This document shows positions 1 to 14,849 of a stretch of DNA of 64,000 nt, one piece after another. Under the pieces are notes generated by a model. That model saw only the letters and a list, made by a program, of their open reading frames with translations. It was not told the origin of the DNA and did no database searches. The number at the start of each line of letters is the position of its first letter. Positions within the stretch are counted from its first letter, which is position 1. This stretch comes from the human T2T-CHM13v2.0 reference genome, Homo sapiens. A program made the translations under genes and the position numbers. The stretch is taken from assembly GCF_009914755.1 (NCBI RefSeq), contig NC_060929.1; one strand, 5' to 3'.

Positions 1-872
1 GATGTCACTCACAGAGAAGTGCAGCATCATCTCTACCCCCAGATTTGGAGCTGTGGCTCAGAGATTTTTGCCATGGGGAAGACACAGGTTGTAAAACAGG
101 GAACTCCAATGCTGTTCCTTAAGAAAGTGACTTTATTTGAAACAGAGTATGAGAAAGTTCAAGGCTGAGGGCACTCGCACAAACAATGAAAGTTTTCGTC
201 ATAGGCAGTTAAGAGGAGGCTGGTAGTTTTATGAGGGATACAAGCTAAACTATAGACCAGTCGGTTTATAGAGGGAACCAGGGAAGAGACAGCTAAGAGG
301 AGCCCTTTAGGGGTCAGAGCAAATCTCAAACACTGAGCTCAAACACAACTCCAGTAAAGGGCTCTGAATTTAATGTGGAGCAATTTATGCTCCGGGGCAT
401 TATCAAAAGTAATAGAGGACTCAGACGGCAATTAGTAGAGCTTAACAACTGGGTGTGATCAGAGAAAGAGAAACACAGACAATAGTTAACAGCACTGTCA
501 TTCCAAAGTCACTGTGCACACGCATGAGCCTGTGTACATGAGGCTTTACACTGCAGGTATGATAGATTTCACTAAAAAGGTCAAGTCACATCCTGGGGAA
601 AAAAAAAAGGCAAACAATAATTAAAAGCCACAGAGAGCGGGACAAGAATCTACAATTGTTGAAATATATTATCTAAAATGTCAGTTTGCACCAAAAAAAA
701 ATTGTGAGCTATGCAGATACCAGAAAATATGACCCACACACAGGAAAAAAAGCAGCCAACGGAAAATGTCATTAAAGTGTTACAGATGTAATACTTAACA
801 AACATTAACTTCAATGCATCCGCTATAGATATGTTCAGAGAACTAAAGAAAACAACACTTAAAGAATTAAAG
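1..872 (+). mobile_element. Old L1M-type LINE-1 5' region / ORF1 start fragment (continues briefly after the Alu, to about 1230)
   Basis: Resembles L1M 5'/ORF1 sequence, e.g. aaaatgtcagtttgcaccaaaaaaaaattgtgag...atgacccacacacaggaaaaaaagcag...atatgttcagagaactaaagaaaac. Recalled similarity only. Confidence 0.6.
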
Positions 873-1231
<359 letters not shown>

Positions 1232-2979
1232 TCAGACCCAAACTCACTGTCTAATTCTTCTAAACATTTACAAGTAAATAGCAACAAATGATTTTTACTA
1301 CAGTGTCTTAGTTCTAAATAAGTTACAAACATAAAAGTTTCCTACTTGATATTTTATTTTTGTGTCTGCTTATTATTATTTGAGATCTTTTTTAGATTAA
1401 CTTATTGACTATTCTAAATGCTAGATCTTCATATTTTTAAATTGTATCTTTCCCTCCACTGCATATCCAATCTCTTTGATAACAAAGATGCACTTGATGG
1501 CAGCATTATCTCCAATTTTGGGAGTAAATGATTTTTTTTTAATTAAATTGATTTGATATAAAAGTATATCACTTGAAACAGAAATATTCCTTACTGATAT
1601 AGAATTTGTCTTCATAACTTGGAATATCACAAGAGAGATCTGTAATTCTTGGAGGCTATTTTGGGTTGAGGTCAGAGGAACCTTGAATATTTCCTTTACT
1701 TCTTGGGAACTTCCCCTTGTGACGGTGTTCGTTACCTGCTTATATATTTATTATTCTTTTTTTTCCCCCCCTGGGTAAAGTCTTCCCTTAATTTAAAATT
1801 TTCTTACGGCTCATCTGGTTCATTAAATTACCAGAGACTGGGGAGGGGAGGTGGCAAGAGAGGGGAAGATAGCAAGAGGACAAATAAAAAAATCCCAGTA
1901 ATTTAGAAGTGTCTTTGTTTTTCATGAAAGACAGAACAATGCTTTCTTCTCTTTTCTTTATTGTATTTCACTGCCAGCAGGATTCCTTGGTTGAAGACAG
2001 GCAACAGAAATTTAAAATAAAGTTTAAGCAAGGTTTTATGTGGCAACACTCTCACTACTTCCTTGAATGTTCTACAGGAACCATTCCTGATTCTCCTAAG
2101 ATACACCTAGCTTTCTAAATACCAGCTTTCTAATGAAAGGATGATTGGAAAGGTCTTTCAAGAGTGTGATGCTTAATTATAGGGAAAAATGTAGCCTACT
2201 TCAGTTCTTTCTTTGGAGGAATCAGGCAACTCTCAGTATTTTCCCCAAGGTATTTTTTAATTTTTAGATTTCATTGTTATTTGGCAGGTATATTTTCTAA
2301 TTTCTTTGTCTAATAGAAATAAAATATACATATTTATATATTATAATATTTTAATATATATCATATTTATATAGATTTTGCTTTCAGATTTTTGGAGTCT
2401 TTGGGTGGATAAAATAAAATAAATTATCCTAGTAGGCTCATTTAAATTTTGAACTCTGAATTTATTTTCTTTTCCTACCTTAGGCAAGGAAAGTAACAAA
2501 CTGTGAAATGGCCAATAGAAAAGTTGTTAGAGAGGAAAGCAGGTAGACCCTGGGTTATCAGTAAAATGCATAGTCATCAGGTATTTATTTGTTCAGAAGA
2601 CACTGTAGACTACTACTGAATTTTTACCCTGTTATTGCGGTCAAAGAGCAGGATCTCTGGGGAATTTATGACATTTGATGTAAGTCCTAACTTTATATTC
2701 AGCCTTTCCAGCGTGTGAAAATAAAATATTTTAAATGGTCCCAACCAGTTCTCAGAATCCTTGTATGCATTGATGGAGAACAAGTAAGATAACTGCAAAG
2801 ATAATTTCCACTAGGTAAAAGGAAAAAATGTGGAAAAATGCAGAATGACTGCCATTCTCAGGACCCATCAGATTAAGCAGAACATAAATAGCAAGCCTGC
2901 TTTTCCTAGTGATGGAATAATTAAAGACATTCATAAATCAGTTTATTTACCGTTGTCTAAATTTTTTTTAGTTTAGTGC

Positions 2980-3520
2980 TAAATTATTTTTTAGTTTATA
3001 TTTTTTATTTGTTAATATAAATTTAAGAAAGATCAGATAATAATTCAACAAAGGTACATATACCTAATTTTGGGACTACAAAAGATGGGAAGATTTTGTT
3101 ATATTTGCTTGAGAAATATTAAGAAATCTAAAGATATTAAAACATTTTTGCACACCATCCCAGAGGCAATCAGAATCCTTCCTAGAGTAACGATTATTCT
3201 GATTCGTTCCCATCGATATTCAATACATTTGCTATTTGCTATATATCAATATGCTCCCAAATTATTCATGGTATTATTTTGTATTTTCAAATTTTATATG
3301 TAATGGAAATTGCCAATTTTACTAAGAATTAATTTTCAAGAGCTTCCTATGTTGATATATAGATCTAGTGTGTCCATTTTAACTATTGAATAGTTATAAA
3401 TCCTTTGAAAATATGTTCCATTCTAATTGATAAAAATGTATATAACGTTCAGATTCTGGTTATTGCACACCTCATGTTTATGGACATTATTTACGGCCCT
3501 CATATATGGCATAGTTTCTT
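2980..3520 (-). mobile_element. Degenerate L1ME-like 3' fragment
   Basis: Weak similarity to old L1 3' ends (ttttcaagagcttcctatgttgatatatagatctagtgtgtccattttaactattgaatagtt). Confidence 0.4.
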
Positions 3521-3534
3521 TACAGTATATCTCT

Positions 3535-3874
<340 letters not shown>

Positions 3875-4175
3875 TAGGTTATTTGCTCTTGGATATTCTA
3901 TTCTCTATATTGATTCTCTTCCAATATTCACTGAATTGGGCCATTTTTTTTTCCAAATAAAATTTGGGGTTTTCGTCTGAACTGCAAAGTGGACTCTGAG
4001 TTTTAATTCTTTGGAAACAATAAAGTTAATATTTTATTCAGAAACTCCCAACTGAAGTTTTGAGTTTAGATTGTGTATAAAGGTTGCTTCTCTCTTTCAA
4101 AATGACAGATTATCCAAGCAAGAGTGGGATATGTTGTTCTTACCGGCATAATTTCAAAAAGCACAATTTATGATA

Positions 4176-4231
4176 GAGAAAGAAAGAGAAAGAGAAAGAA
4201 AGAAGGAAAGAAAGAAAGAAAGAAAGAAGGA

Positions 4232-4290
<59 letters not shown>

Positions 4291-4331
4291 GAGAAAGGAA
4301 AGGAAAGAAAAAAGGAGGAAAGAAAGAAAGA
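4176..4331. repeat. (GAAA)n compound purine microsatellite
   Basis: Long run of aaag units with aagg variants. Confidence 0.97.
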
Positions 4332-7223
4332 GGTAGTCAATCAAAGAAGGCAGTTATCTTACCACTTTTCAGTGGCCACAAACCTTGGAAGAAATGTGTT
4401 TCCTGTTAACTTCCCAGCTGAATTTATCTAAATCTTTTTTGACTGGGTAGATATTTGCTGTCCAGCTAATTTTCATTTTCTACAATAATAAATAATTTAT
4501 ATAATACATTAAAAGGTTATGGATATTTGAAACAATGACAATATTGGAGTAATTAAATGAATAGAATGCTGAGTTGGTAGATGTCTGTAGCATTTGTAGG
4601 GTGATCAGAGTCTTCAAAAATGATGAAGTTTGAGCAAATGTTTGAGGAATATGAGGAATTTTGCAAAGATTACATTTGCGCAATTTGCACTTCAGGAAGC
4701 AAGGTCAGCTAAGGTATGTGTTCAGTGTAAAGAAACAACAAAGTAAGTTGTGGCTGCATCTGGGGAGGTTGTAGCAGCAAATATCAGAGAAATATCAGTG
4801 CTTGTGTGTTGATGTGAAGGGGATAGATTATGTACTCTTCCAGTCCATTGTTCTCCAGATGAAATGCAGAGTCCTTGCAGAGTTTCCTGCAGAGAGGGGA
4901 CAAAAATTTGATTTAGGTTTTAAAAGCTTACCTGTGGCTGCTCCATTGAGACTAAACTTAGTAGAACAAGAAGCAGGAAGACTGGAAAAGAGATAACAGC
5001 AGTAAACTCTAAATCCAATAACTAAGATAAATAACTTTGATAAGAACTAAGTTCAATCTACTTAAATTTTTAAATTAGAATAAACTATAACTGTATTCTT
5101 TTCTGCTTCTACGGATTTGTAAATATTTAAATAATTTTGGCTGTTTTTGTTTTTCTTCTACCTATGATTAGATTGATATGCAATTAAGACATGTGAATAG
5201 CTGGTTCTAAGACAAGTTATTAAAAAAGGAGTGGCTCTTAGTTTTTAAGAGAAAGTACAGTGAAAATTTCCTTAAATGTGTACATCTATTTTATAAAATC
5301 CAACTTGAAAAGTAATAAAAAATATGTAGGCTTATTTTTTCCTAAGGAACCAATAGAGTATACTAGGGAAGGATTTAAGTTTATAGTATACCAACTCTTC
5401 CTTTTTAAAATTTACTGTTCAAATATGTACTGAGGATAACATAGACGACTCATCAAAAAGAGAGTCTCTCAAAGACCTAAGGAAACAAATGCATTACACA
5501 AATAAATTGACTTTATTGTTAAGTATATTGGTATATAAATATTGATATTATAAAATTCCAAAATCTATTATTCATTATAGTAAATTAGCATGGATGGTTA
5601 TGAGAATGATCTTGAGAAAGTGAATAACCTTTTATAGAAATGTTAATATTCCCATTTATTAAGTGAAGGGCTTATATGATTTTATTATAAGAGCTAGCTT
5701 ATCTCTAAGGTGTGACTTTTTGAAGCTCCACACTTGCTGATTTAAATTCAATCTGAGGATGAACAGCGTATATCATATGTGATTACCAATCTGTAGTGAT
5801 ATAATGGCTTCACTTCAAATCTCTTGACTCTCCATTTAACCCCAGTGCCCCATGATTACTAGCTGCAGCTACATTAACGCTCTTGAGATAGGCTTTTTTC
5901 ATTAGAATAGTGACATATTAAAATTTATACATTAGATCCTTATCACATAAAATACCCAATCCAAAGAAGTAACAGAATAAGATGGTTGCTTTTATTCCTG
6001 GTGCTGAGTTGAAATGATATGCATTCTAATAAAATGGGAAAGAATGACAAGTGATCTGTCAAAGAATAGAATTCATTTTACAGGGTTTGCAAACGAAGCA
6101 GAAGAATGTGAGAATGTACCTCATCAGCAAGTTAGCGACCACTTTGCTATTATCACCTCCATTTATGTTTCAGTGGAAATTTAAAAATTATAAACAGCAT
6201 TAAATTCAACTGACCAGAAGCAAAATATCCAAATGTATATTCTGTAGAACATATTCTATTTCAGTGTTTTATTTGTATTCGGACAGATTAAAGTGGAAAT
6301 GACGTGAGACAAAAAATTCATTACTTATTTCAGCTTCAGGGACTTAGCTGTTAATCCTAATTCTCACCTGCAGTGTCCCCATGCCCTTTTCTTTTCCCTA
6401 TTGACGCTCCACAGTTCTTTGTCATAGTATGAGGAATGGACAGAGCCAATCCAGCAGGCTTTTTGGAGGCTGTTTAGTTTTTGCCAAGGAGTTGGATTCT
6501 AATACACAGAATGAGAATAGCTTCATGTATACATAAAAGCTCCTCTGCTGTGTTCTTTCCATCAGTTCTAAAATCAAAACAAAACAAATCCCCTAATATC
6601 AAGTGTATCAATTAAATCTTAGATAAACCTATATCATATCCATGAGAAACAAGGATATGTTGAGCCAGGAAATGAACTATGATTAAATTAATTTTGAGAC
6701 ATTATTTTCTGTTTTAAAAGTATTATACAAGAATCCAATAAATATAAAGCAGGTTAAACTGAAATTGAACAGTTTTGTTAATTTATACACAGTTCACTTA
6801 AAACAATTAAATAGTGTCACTAATTTTTAAGAACTCTAAATTAATAACCTCTCGTCTCCTGACATTGATATAAAATCCCAACTAAGAGGTTATTAAGGAA
6901 TGGCTAACAGACAAAACTACATTAACTGTCTCAACAGTTCAGGTTTCATAATATTCTGTTTATCTTTTATTTGTATTATAAGGCAAACATTTTTAAACTT
7001 TAGTAAATGTGCATGTATACCTACTGTCTACATATTGACAATTGTTGACATTCATCTTCTTTATATATTTATAGACATATATGCATATAAAATAGAAACA
7101 CATACAAAATTAGAGCCCCCATGTCGGCTTTTCCTGTTTCACTTCATTACTCTGTCTCCAGGGGCAAACAACAGGGTTCTAACTGTTTCTCTAAATGCGC
7201 ATTTATATATGTATGAAAAATAA

Positions 7224-7548
7224 CCATCATCCCTTGTATTTGTGGAGGATCCCCACAGACATCAAAATCCACAGATGCTCGAGCCCCTTGCATAAAATGG
7301 CACAGTATTTATATATAACTTATGCATATCTCCCCATATACTTTAATCATCTCTAGATTACTTTTACTATTGTAACTAATACAATCTAAATACCATGTAA
7401 ATAGTTGGTATATTGTGTTGTTTAGCAAATGATGTCTAGAAAAAAAATCTATATGGGTTTAGTAAAGAGCTAATTTAAAAGAAAAAAATTACCATGCATG
7501 GTTGGTTGAATTCACAATGTGGATTCACTGACCTGGAGGGCTAATTGT
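7224..7548 (+). mobile_element. MER2 (TcMar-Tigger non-autonomous DNA transposon)
   Basis: caaaatccacagatgctc...tactttaatcatctctagattactt...ggttggttgaattcac...ggagggctaattg matches MER2 as recalled. Confidence 0.85.
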
Positions 7549-7667
7549 ATTGTATTTATCGATGTGTGTTTACATGTCCATTAGTGTTATTCTCCATGTG
7601 ATTTTCTCTGTAGCATCCAGCAATATGTGCTTCAGTTATACTCATCATACTGTAGGCATAAATATAT

Positions 7668-7785
7668 ACATAGATAAATGGTAGGTGCATTCATAGATCG
7701 GTAGATAGATAGATAGATGCTGGATGACAGATAGAGACATAGAAGATGGATAAAGATACAGGAATAGAGATAGATGGAGACATAA
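7668..7785. repeat. Degenerate (TAGA)n simple repeat
   Basis: tagatagatagatagatg core with decayed flanks. Confidence 0.8.
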
Positions 7786-8149
7786 ATGAACATGTACACA
7801 ACTGTGGGTTCTTTCAATAGGTCCACAATATTATGATGTATATTTATAATAGGCATTGAATTTATTATTACTCTCTTTATGTACAGTTAATTTAAATTAA
7901 TTATATAACATAGAAATACCTGCTGGTGAACATATACCATGGTAATCTTTGGATCATATTGAGGCACTATAGGCAATAATGGAAAACATGAGTTTCTGAT
8001 GTCAGTTAGAATTATTCAAGTACTAGCTTATAAACTTCGATGCAATAATCTTAAGCAGATTTAAAAAACAAAAAATACTAATTGTTGGATATTTCAGGAA
8101 TGCAAATTTTATCTCCAGTAAGAAATCTTTCCATCTACTTTAGTATAAA

Positions 8150-8770
8150 GGAGAAAATATTATAATTTTCATACATTCAAAAAAATGAATAAAATTCAAT
8201 AATGGTTCATGATAATAATCCTTAAAATCTTAGAATAAGATAAAAACTCTATAGCTTGAGTAATTATATTTACAATAATTATAGAAGTTAATGTGTATGG
8301 AAAAATAATGTATGAAGGTGAGTTGTTGAATTTGTGTTCTTTAAAATTGGGAACATGTCAAAGCAGCCTGCCTTTTTCACTCCTACAACATTCTAATGAA
8401 AATACATGACAGTGCAAAATTTAAAAATGAATTAAAAATAACTTCTGCAAAGAAAGTAATAAAATGTTCATTATTTGAAGAGTATTAAATTATGACTGTC
8501 TTCATGGCAAACATGATTTTAAAATTAACAACAAAATATTTAAAATTAATAAAAATTATATTGGTCAAATAAAAATAAGGCAAATCTACAAAAGTCAATT
8601 GCACCACCAACAGATAGAAGACACACAGTATTTAGGAATACAGCTAACAAGAGCTGTTCAGATTTTATGTCATAAAATTATAAAACTTGAATGAAAAAAG
8701 TGAAAGAAGACATTCTTTCTATCCAAGAACAGGGAATGTCCTGTTCTTGGATAGAAAACTAAAATCATGT
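8150..8770 (+). mobile_element. Old L1M ORF2 fragment
   Basis: tatttaggaatacagctaacaagag...aaaattataaaac...aaagaagac...tgttcttggatagaaa resembles the L1 ORF2 YLGIxLT..ENYK..IKED..PCSW region. Confidence 0.55.
8716..8757. repeat. Perfect 18-bp inverted repeat with 6-nt loop
   Basis: tttctatccaagaacagg (8716-8733) / cctgttcttggatagaaa (8740-8757). Confidence 0.97.
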
Positions 8771-11751
8771 TTAATAATGCTCTAATGACATACAATTTGC
8801 TTCTGAGGACAAAGGAGGAGAGAATATTCAACTTCTTCACAAAATCTCGGGTCTTATAGTCTAATTTTAACTGTCAGGAAAATATAATGATGAGCTTCTT
8901 CCAAGTGGAAATAAAGAGCAAAAGATTAAAAGTGATGAATAGCTAGAATCCATATTAATGAAGATGTTAGACAAACTTTCGATCTGAGAGCCTAGTCAGC
9001 CTTGATTAACTGTGAAGACTCTATTTTGTTTTTAATAAATGTAATAAACTTATAGATACAAATATAAACATAAATATTATTGGGTCTTTAGCAAAAATAT
9101 TTTATAACAAGCCACTTCTTGAGTTTTTAGTTGAAAAACAATAAAATATTACTGATGTAATATAAAAATACTCAACAGACTCAATTACCTTTATTTTTTT
9201 GTCTAAAACATACACTATCACAAAGTATTTCTAAACATTCATATATATATATATTTTAAGCTAAGAATGCAGTACTTAAACATCACAAATTTAACATGGT
9301 TAAACCTAGTCTGGTTATTATTTTTAGTTATTCAATTATTTTCACATAGTCTTTTCTTCTTTGGTGTCATATTAGTGGTAAAGCCTGCCTATCACAGTGG
9401 TGAGACTTTGGCAATTATTCATCACATACTGAATGCATATTTGTTCATTGATTAATAATGATATTAGATTGGACACTCAAAACATTGAAGTCATGTTGGA
9501 ATTCATTATTTGATTTCATTTTCTGAGCAAACCAAATATAACATTTATATTTGTTTGTTGTTTAGTTTCACATCTATGACAAGTCACTTATATGTATTTC
9601 TTTCTATATACATACAAGAATATATATACAATTATAAATTACTTCTGACATTGCCGACAACTTACTCTCCCTCTGGATATTCATATCCAGATGTCTGTAC
9701 AAACAGGCATTTAAAACAAGCCAACAAAAAGTAGTTAAAAATATGTAAACAAAGTTAGCATACATTTTAAATTTCAGACCTAAAGAGTGATTGCTTGAAA
9801 CGTGAGTAGACTTCTTAAAAGTCAATTTCAAGTTTATAACTTGGGCAGAATTGACTAACGAGATGGCACCATGGGATCACTCATGAATTTTAGGATAATC
9901 AAAAGGAGGCCCAAGAAGTTAGTCCATCACCAGTCAGTCACTATGTCAAAACTAAGTACTAAGCACTAATAACAGATACAGAGATAGTTAAAAGGCCAGA
10001 TATTAATGACCAACATTAACTATGGAAACAACAAGAAAACAAAGCAAATGTTGCCCAGTGGCTTTTGGAATTACATGGTACACAATATGAAGGAACTGAA
10101 AATGCTGGCCATGGGCAACTAATATGCTACCATTGCTGACATTTCTTCTGGTAACCACAAAGGCATGAGGGGAAGAATTACACCACTAACCATCAGAAGC
10201 TCTAACACGGAAGCCAGACAACAAACAAGAGAAAATCAATATTTGGTTTGATTGGCAGACTTTATGTCTGTTAAAGGAAACAGTACTTCTGCTGTCTATG
10301 ATTTTTTCTTCCTTTTAGTCTTCAGTCTTTTGGCTCTCTTTGAAAACTCCTATAGACTTGTAACTATTCAATAAGATCTTTGGTTTGTAAAGGATCTGAA
10401 CAGGTCGTTTGCTCCAGTCTCCTAGGTAATAGTGTCCATCTTTCCTCAAATGTTTAGACATTACGATCAGGTCTGGGGGATGAACGAAGGGAAAAACTTA
10501 AGATTTGTGTGTAAGCTTTACAAATTTAATAGTCTTGCAAGTCTTCACAAGTAGCTACCTCTAGCTTCAATTTCTTCACTTGTAAAAAGGATATTCACTA
10601 CACTTTGTTGTTCTTATGGAAGTTAGGTGAAAAAAATGACTAATTCCTCCTTAATAGCTAAGCTAATGTCTCTTAGTATTTGCTTTTATTATCCATTTGA
10701 TGTTTGTTTCTGATGTAAATATAGAATGAGAATATATACAGATAAATCCCTCTTCAGTTCATTTAAATGATGTCAAATATTCTCTACAGGTAACCTACAA
10801 GATATTTTCCCCATCCCAATTTCCTAAGCCAAATTTCCATCCTGTAGGACCATTAACTGTTTGTAGATTGTTTAGATGGTTCATGGACATAGAACCAAGT
10901 ATAATTTTGATTAATTGTATAGTTACTTTTTGTATATGACACGATACCCATTTTCCAGCTATTTAGAATAGTGAAGCTTTCTTGGCAAATGCACTTAATG
11001 TACTTCACTTATGTGTGAATGTGGCAAAAATTATTAATATTGTACCCTTGTAAAAAATTTTGGAAGCATTATACAGTATTTTCTGTCCACTCTCATAGCC
11101 TACTCCTATCAAAAATAATTTTCTTGTTGTAATACATAGAGGTTTTGTTAAGATTGCACAACATCTGTGTAATAATCTACCATGTTATAAAATATTTCAA
11201 AATCTTAGAGAATCACACTTAGGATCTATTTTTTTTGTCCCCAAAGGGGCCGCAAGCAGAAAGAAAATAGGTCCAGATTTCATTAGAAGTCTATGGTTTA
11301 GCAACTGGAGAGAAAAAATAGCTCTCAGAAATGCGAAGAAAAAAAGTTTAGCACAGTGTCAGCCAAAAGAAGAAAAGGTTAAAGGCAGAGGACATGGTTC
11401 TTTTTAACACCTTTTTTTTTTGACTCAACCACTGCAGAAAAATATTCTTTCTGTGCCCACACACCATCAAAAGTTGTCACTGCATTTCTGAATTGAAAGT
11501 CTGACAGGCAGTCTTCCCAGCAATAAAGCAAAGTCCTAAGAATTTATATTTATATATTTAATTTTATAATCAATGTGGTAACACACAGCTGTCATAAGTG
11601 ATTTGATACATTATTTTTTGACATGGTACTTAATATTGCAACTAGAGCTCAAAAGGAAGAGCACTGGATAGGAGCAGAACATTATGTATTCACCATTCAC
11701 TATAGGTTTTTCATCTGGATTCCTCATACTCTTTTTCCATCTTCCAAAGAT

Positions 11752-12133
11752 TTTTTATATATATATATATATGAAATATACATAATATATGTATAAATAT
11801 TTAAACATTTATATATAACTGTATACATAAATATACATCGAAATATTAATATTTATTTTTATAAATATAAATTTTTACAAATATAAATATATTTTTATAA
11901 ATATATATTAAATATTTCAATATATTTATTAAAATATATTTGTATATTATATATATTTTATATATTTTTTCAATATATATTTATAGAAATATATACTGAA
12001 TATATATTTACAGAAATATATATTTATAGAAATATATATTCAATATGTTTATAGAAAATATATATTCAATATGTTTATAGAAAATATATATTTAAATATT
12101 TCAATAAATATTTATAAATAAATATATGTATAT
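11752..12133. repeat. TA-rich low-complexity tract with a 26-bp tandem unit
   Basis: Almost pure A/T; aatatatattcaatatgtttatagaa repeated at 12031-12056 and 12057-12082. Confidence 0.9.
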
Positions 12134-12139
12134 AGTCTT

Positions 12140-13090
12140 GTCTGAGTATATTAATTCCTAGTGTTAAACAGCTTCTTTTTAACTTTTTTAGGTGTTGCAG
12201 TTTTTTTCTCTATTTTTATTGTAGAAGAAATTCTCATACATGGTTGATTTTTTTTCTAACTTGTATGTGACTTTTTTTTTTGACTGATCAGGTATCTATT
12301 GTTTTCATTAACTTTTAATTTCCGTCTATTACAAGTAGATGCTGGGGAGGAAAAGCAGCTCTAACCAAACTTTTCTGAGAGGAGAGTATCCTTCTTCTCC
12401 TATAATTCGGTTTATATTTTTTCTTTTCCAATTTAGGGCAATATTTAGTCTTTTGATCAATCATATTTTTCCATAATTATGTACATATTTATAAACATTC
12501 ACATTTTATTTTTTATCAGGATGAATTACATTTATATCAAGCTATATCTCTGTCTGAAAGTTGTTTTTCCACTATAGCTATTTATTCCTTAAAGTTTCTA
12601 AGATGAAAGAGTCCTAAAATTATGGTTTTGGTTGCTTAACATGCCTTCTGAGGTATGAAATCTACCATTATATCATTTTATCTGTTAGTTTCTTTCTTCT
12701 CGTGTTTCATGTAGCTATTGTTCTTATTAACTTGACCCATGTATTTTGGTGTGGCTTTGGGGAATTTCCTCCTGTTTTCAGGTTATTTATTCTTCTAGAT
12801 TGGGTTTTTGTCTGCAGTTTGCTTATTACATTTCTTACACTTATGTTTTAGTGTAATCACTACTACCCATTTTTAAATTTAATTTTACTCATGCTCCAAC
12901 TGTGCTGTGGAGTTCGAACGTTTCCTTTGATATTTTGCTGGTAATTTCTTGACATATCAGAGACCTGTTTATTTCACTAATAAGGTAACATTCTCCTGAC
13001 ATAATACCTATATTTTGTTAGTTTCACATGACATAGCAGTAGATGGATCAGAAATTCCACTGAGACATCTTTCTTATGAACATAAGACTC
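12140..13090 (-). mobile_element. Degenerate L1M 5'/ORF1 fragment
   Basis: T-rich strand asymmetry typical of antisense old L1 ORF1; weak. Confidence 0.35.
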
Positions 13091-13264
13091 TAATTCATTT
13101 CTGTGTTTTTTTCCCCAATAATTTGGAATTTCTGTAACTCTCCTGTGGAGATATGATCCAGCTTTGAAACTGTCTTACAATTGCTCCTGTATCCCTGGAA
13201 ACACAAATTCCATCAAAAAGGCTGGCTTGTTAACATGCCTTTCCCACTTGGAAAGACAAAATTG

Positions 13265-14740
13265 TGTGCAGATTCACGCTGTGAACTTTTATACGGGAAG
13301 CAACACAGGAACTCAACAGAAAAACTGAAAGAAACCACTGGCACTTTGAAGGTAGCAGCAGGCAGCAGCTTACACCAAAAGCCAGGCAGAAAATTGTAAG
13401 TCTCCAGAGTGTGAAAGGGGGAGACTCTCTCCATGATATACCCTCCCACTGGGAAGCCGGGCAATCCAGGCCATGGAAAAGTGCCTTAACCCTACCTTGA
13501 GCTGATTTAGTGAACTGCGGGAAGTATATGAGAAAGGGTGTGGTTAGGATGTGCTTTGCATATACTCCCAGACCTTATCAGAAACGGAGGGAAGCCATTC
13601 CTGATCCTCCCTCCTATAAGGGACCTTGTGGGAAGTCTGCCAGCTAACTCAGGCAGCAGTCATAGGTTGAGAGAAGCTCCCAACTAAGATTTGTGATATA
13701 ATCTTGCATGAGAATGAACCTTCTTGTCCAGAACTGACAGTCAAGTGGGAAGTGTGCTCTAGCCATAGGTGCAGGGGTTGGGCACCCTTAATTCATGGGT
13801 AAACTGGGAGAGGAGGGGCCTGAATGCTGCAGTTTTTGTCTCCCTATGAAGGCTTGTGTGGCCTGGGGTGGTTTTGCCTTCTGAGTGCAGGCAGCCTGGA
13901 ACTCAGCTAGCTGTTGCTACAGAACATTACAGGTGTGAGACTTGCCTTGTCAAGTGCATGGGAGTTGGGTGGAGCTTATTGCCACCTGCTCCTCCTCTCC
14001 CTGAATGGAGTCTTTTGTGTAGCAGAGAGTTGTGTTCCTCCCTGGAATTTACCCCAGCGGCCATGGATAACTGCCCTCTGATCCCCACTGGGGCTGCTGC
14101 TTGTGCAGTACGGGGAGCCACAGCATGAACTTGACTGACTGACCCCCAACCTGGCTTTGCCCAACCACCCACTCTGGTGGCTTCTCACAACAAACAGGGA
14201 CTTTAGAGAGCTCCATGGCCCCACTCATTGCCTGAGACACCGAAGTGCTTCCCCTGTGTAACATAAGGCAAGCACGAATCCCACTGCTACTGCTGTGGCT
14301 ACTGCTCTTTTCCAAGTGCCACCTCATGGCCGGGGGCCAAATGGCACAGCCCACACAGCACCTGCAGGCACAATAACAGTGCTCAGGAAGAAGAAAACTT
14401 GTGCAACCTCAGCTATTATCATTGGCTACATCGCCCCAGCTAGCCAAGAGGTCTTGAGCCTGTCCACAAGCCCAGTACCTTACAATTACAGCTGGCATTT
14501 GAGAAAGCCAGCAAACCAAGGCTCTTTATAACCTTAAAATCGTACAGAGTCTATGTCACTCCCCCTGACACTTCCATCAGAACATGTGCTGGTACCCACT
14601 GCTGGGAGATGAGAGGGCAAGTCAGCTTGGTCCAGCTTCACCCAATAACCATCTGGAGCTAAGAACAGAGCCCAAGCCACTGCACACCCTGCAGACCTGT
14701 CTATAGCCTGAAACATCAGAGAGCTCCAGTTGGCTAACAA
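13265..14740 (+). mobile_element. Isolated L1PB-type 5' UTR (L1PBa/L1PBb-like)
   Basis: GC-richer block starting ttcacgctgtgaactttt...gaaagaaaccactggcactttgaagg...agtgtgaaaggggg, and later cagctggcatttgagaaagccagc...agagtctatgtcactcccc...tgctggtacccactgctgggaga; no ORF1/ORF2 follows. Confidence 0.7.
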
Positions 14741-14764
14741 GTGACCAATTCTCCTCAGAATGAT

Positions 14765-14832
14765 CTATTACACCATTTTCACACTGCTGTAAAGAACTAT
14801 GTAAGACTGGGTAATTTATGAAGGAAAGAGAT
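14765..14832 (-). mobile_element. Short THE1/MST (MaLR) LTR end fragment
   Basis: ccattttcacactgctgtaaagaactatgtaagactgggtaatttatgaaggaaagag. Confidence 0.75.
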
Positions 14833-14849
14833 GTGTGGAATTTTTTTTA

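Noticed and set aside
4124-4409. KERK-rich and SFFL-rich ORFs
   Set aside because: Translations of the (GAAA)n microsatellite.
13856-14740. Overlapping GC-richer ORFs suggesting a gene
   Set aside because: They lie in an L1PB-type 5' UTR, where lower stop-codon density explains them.
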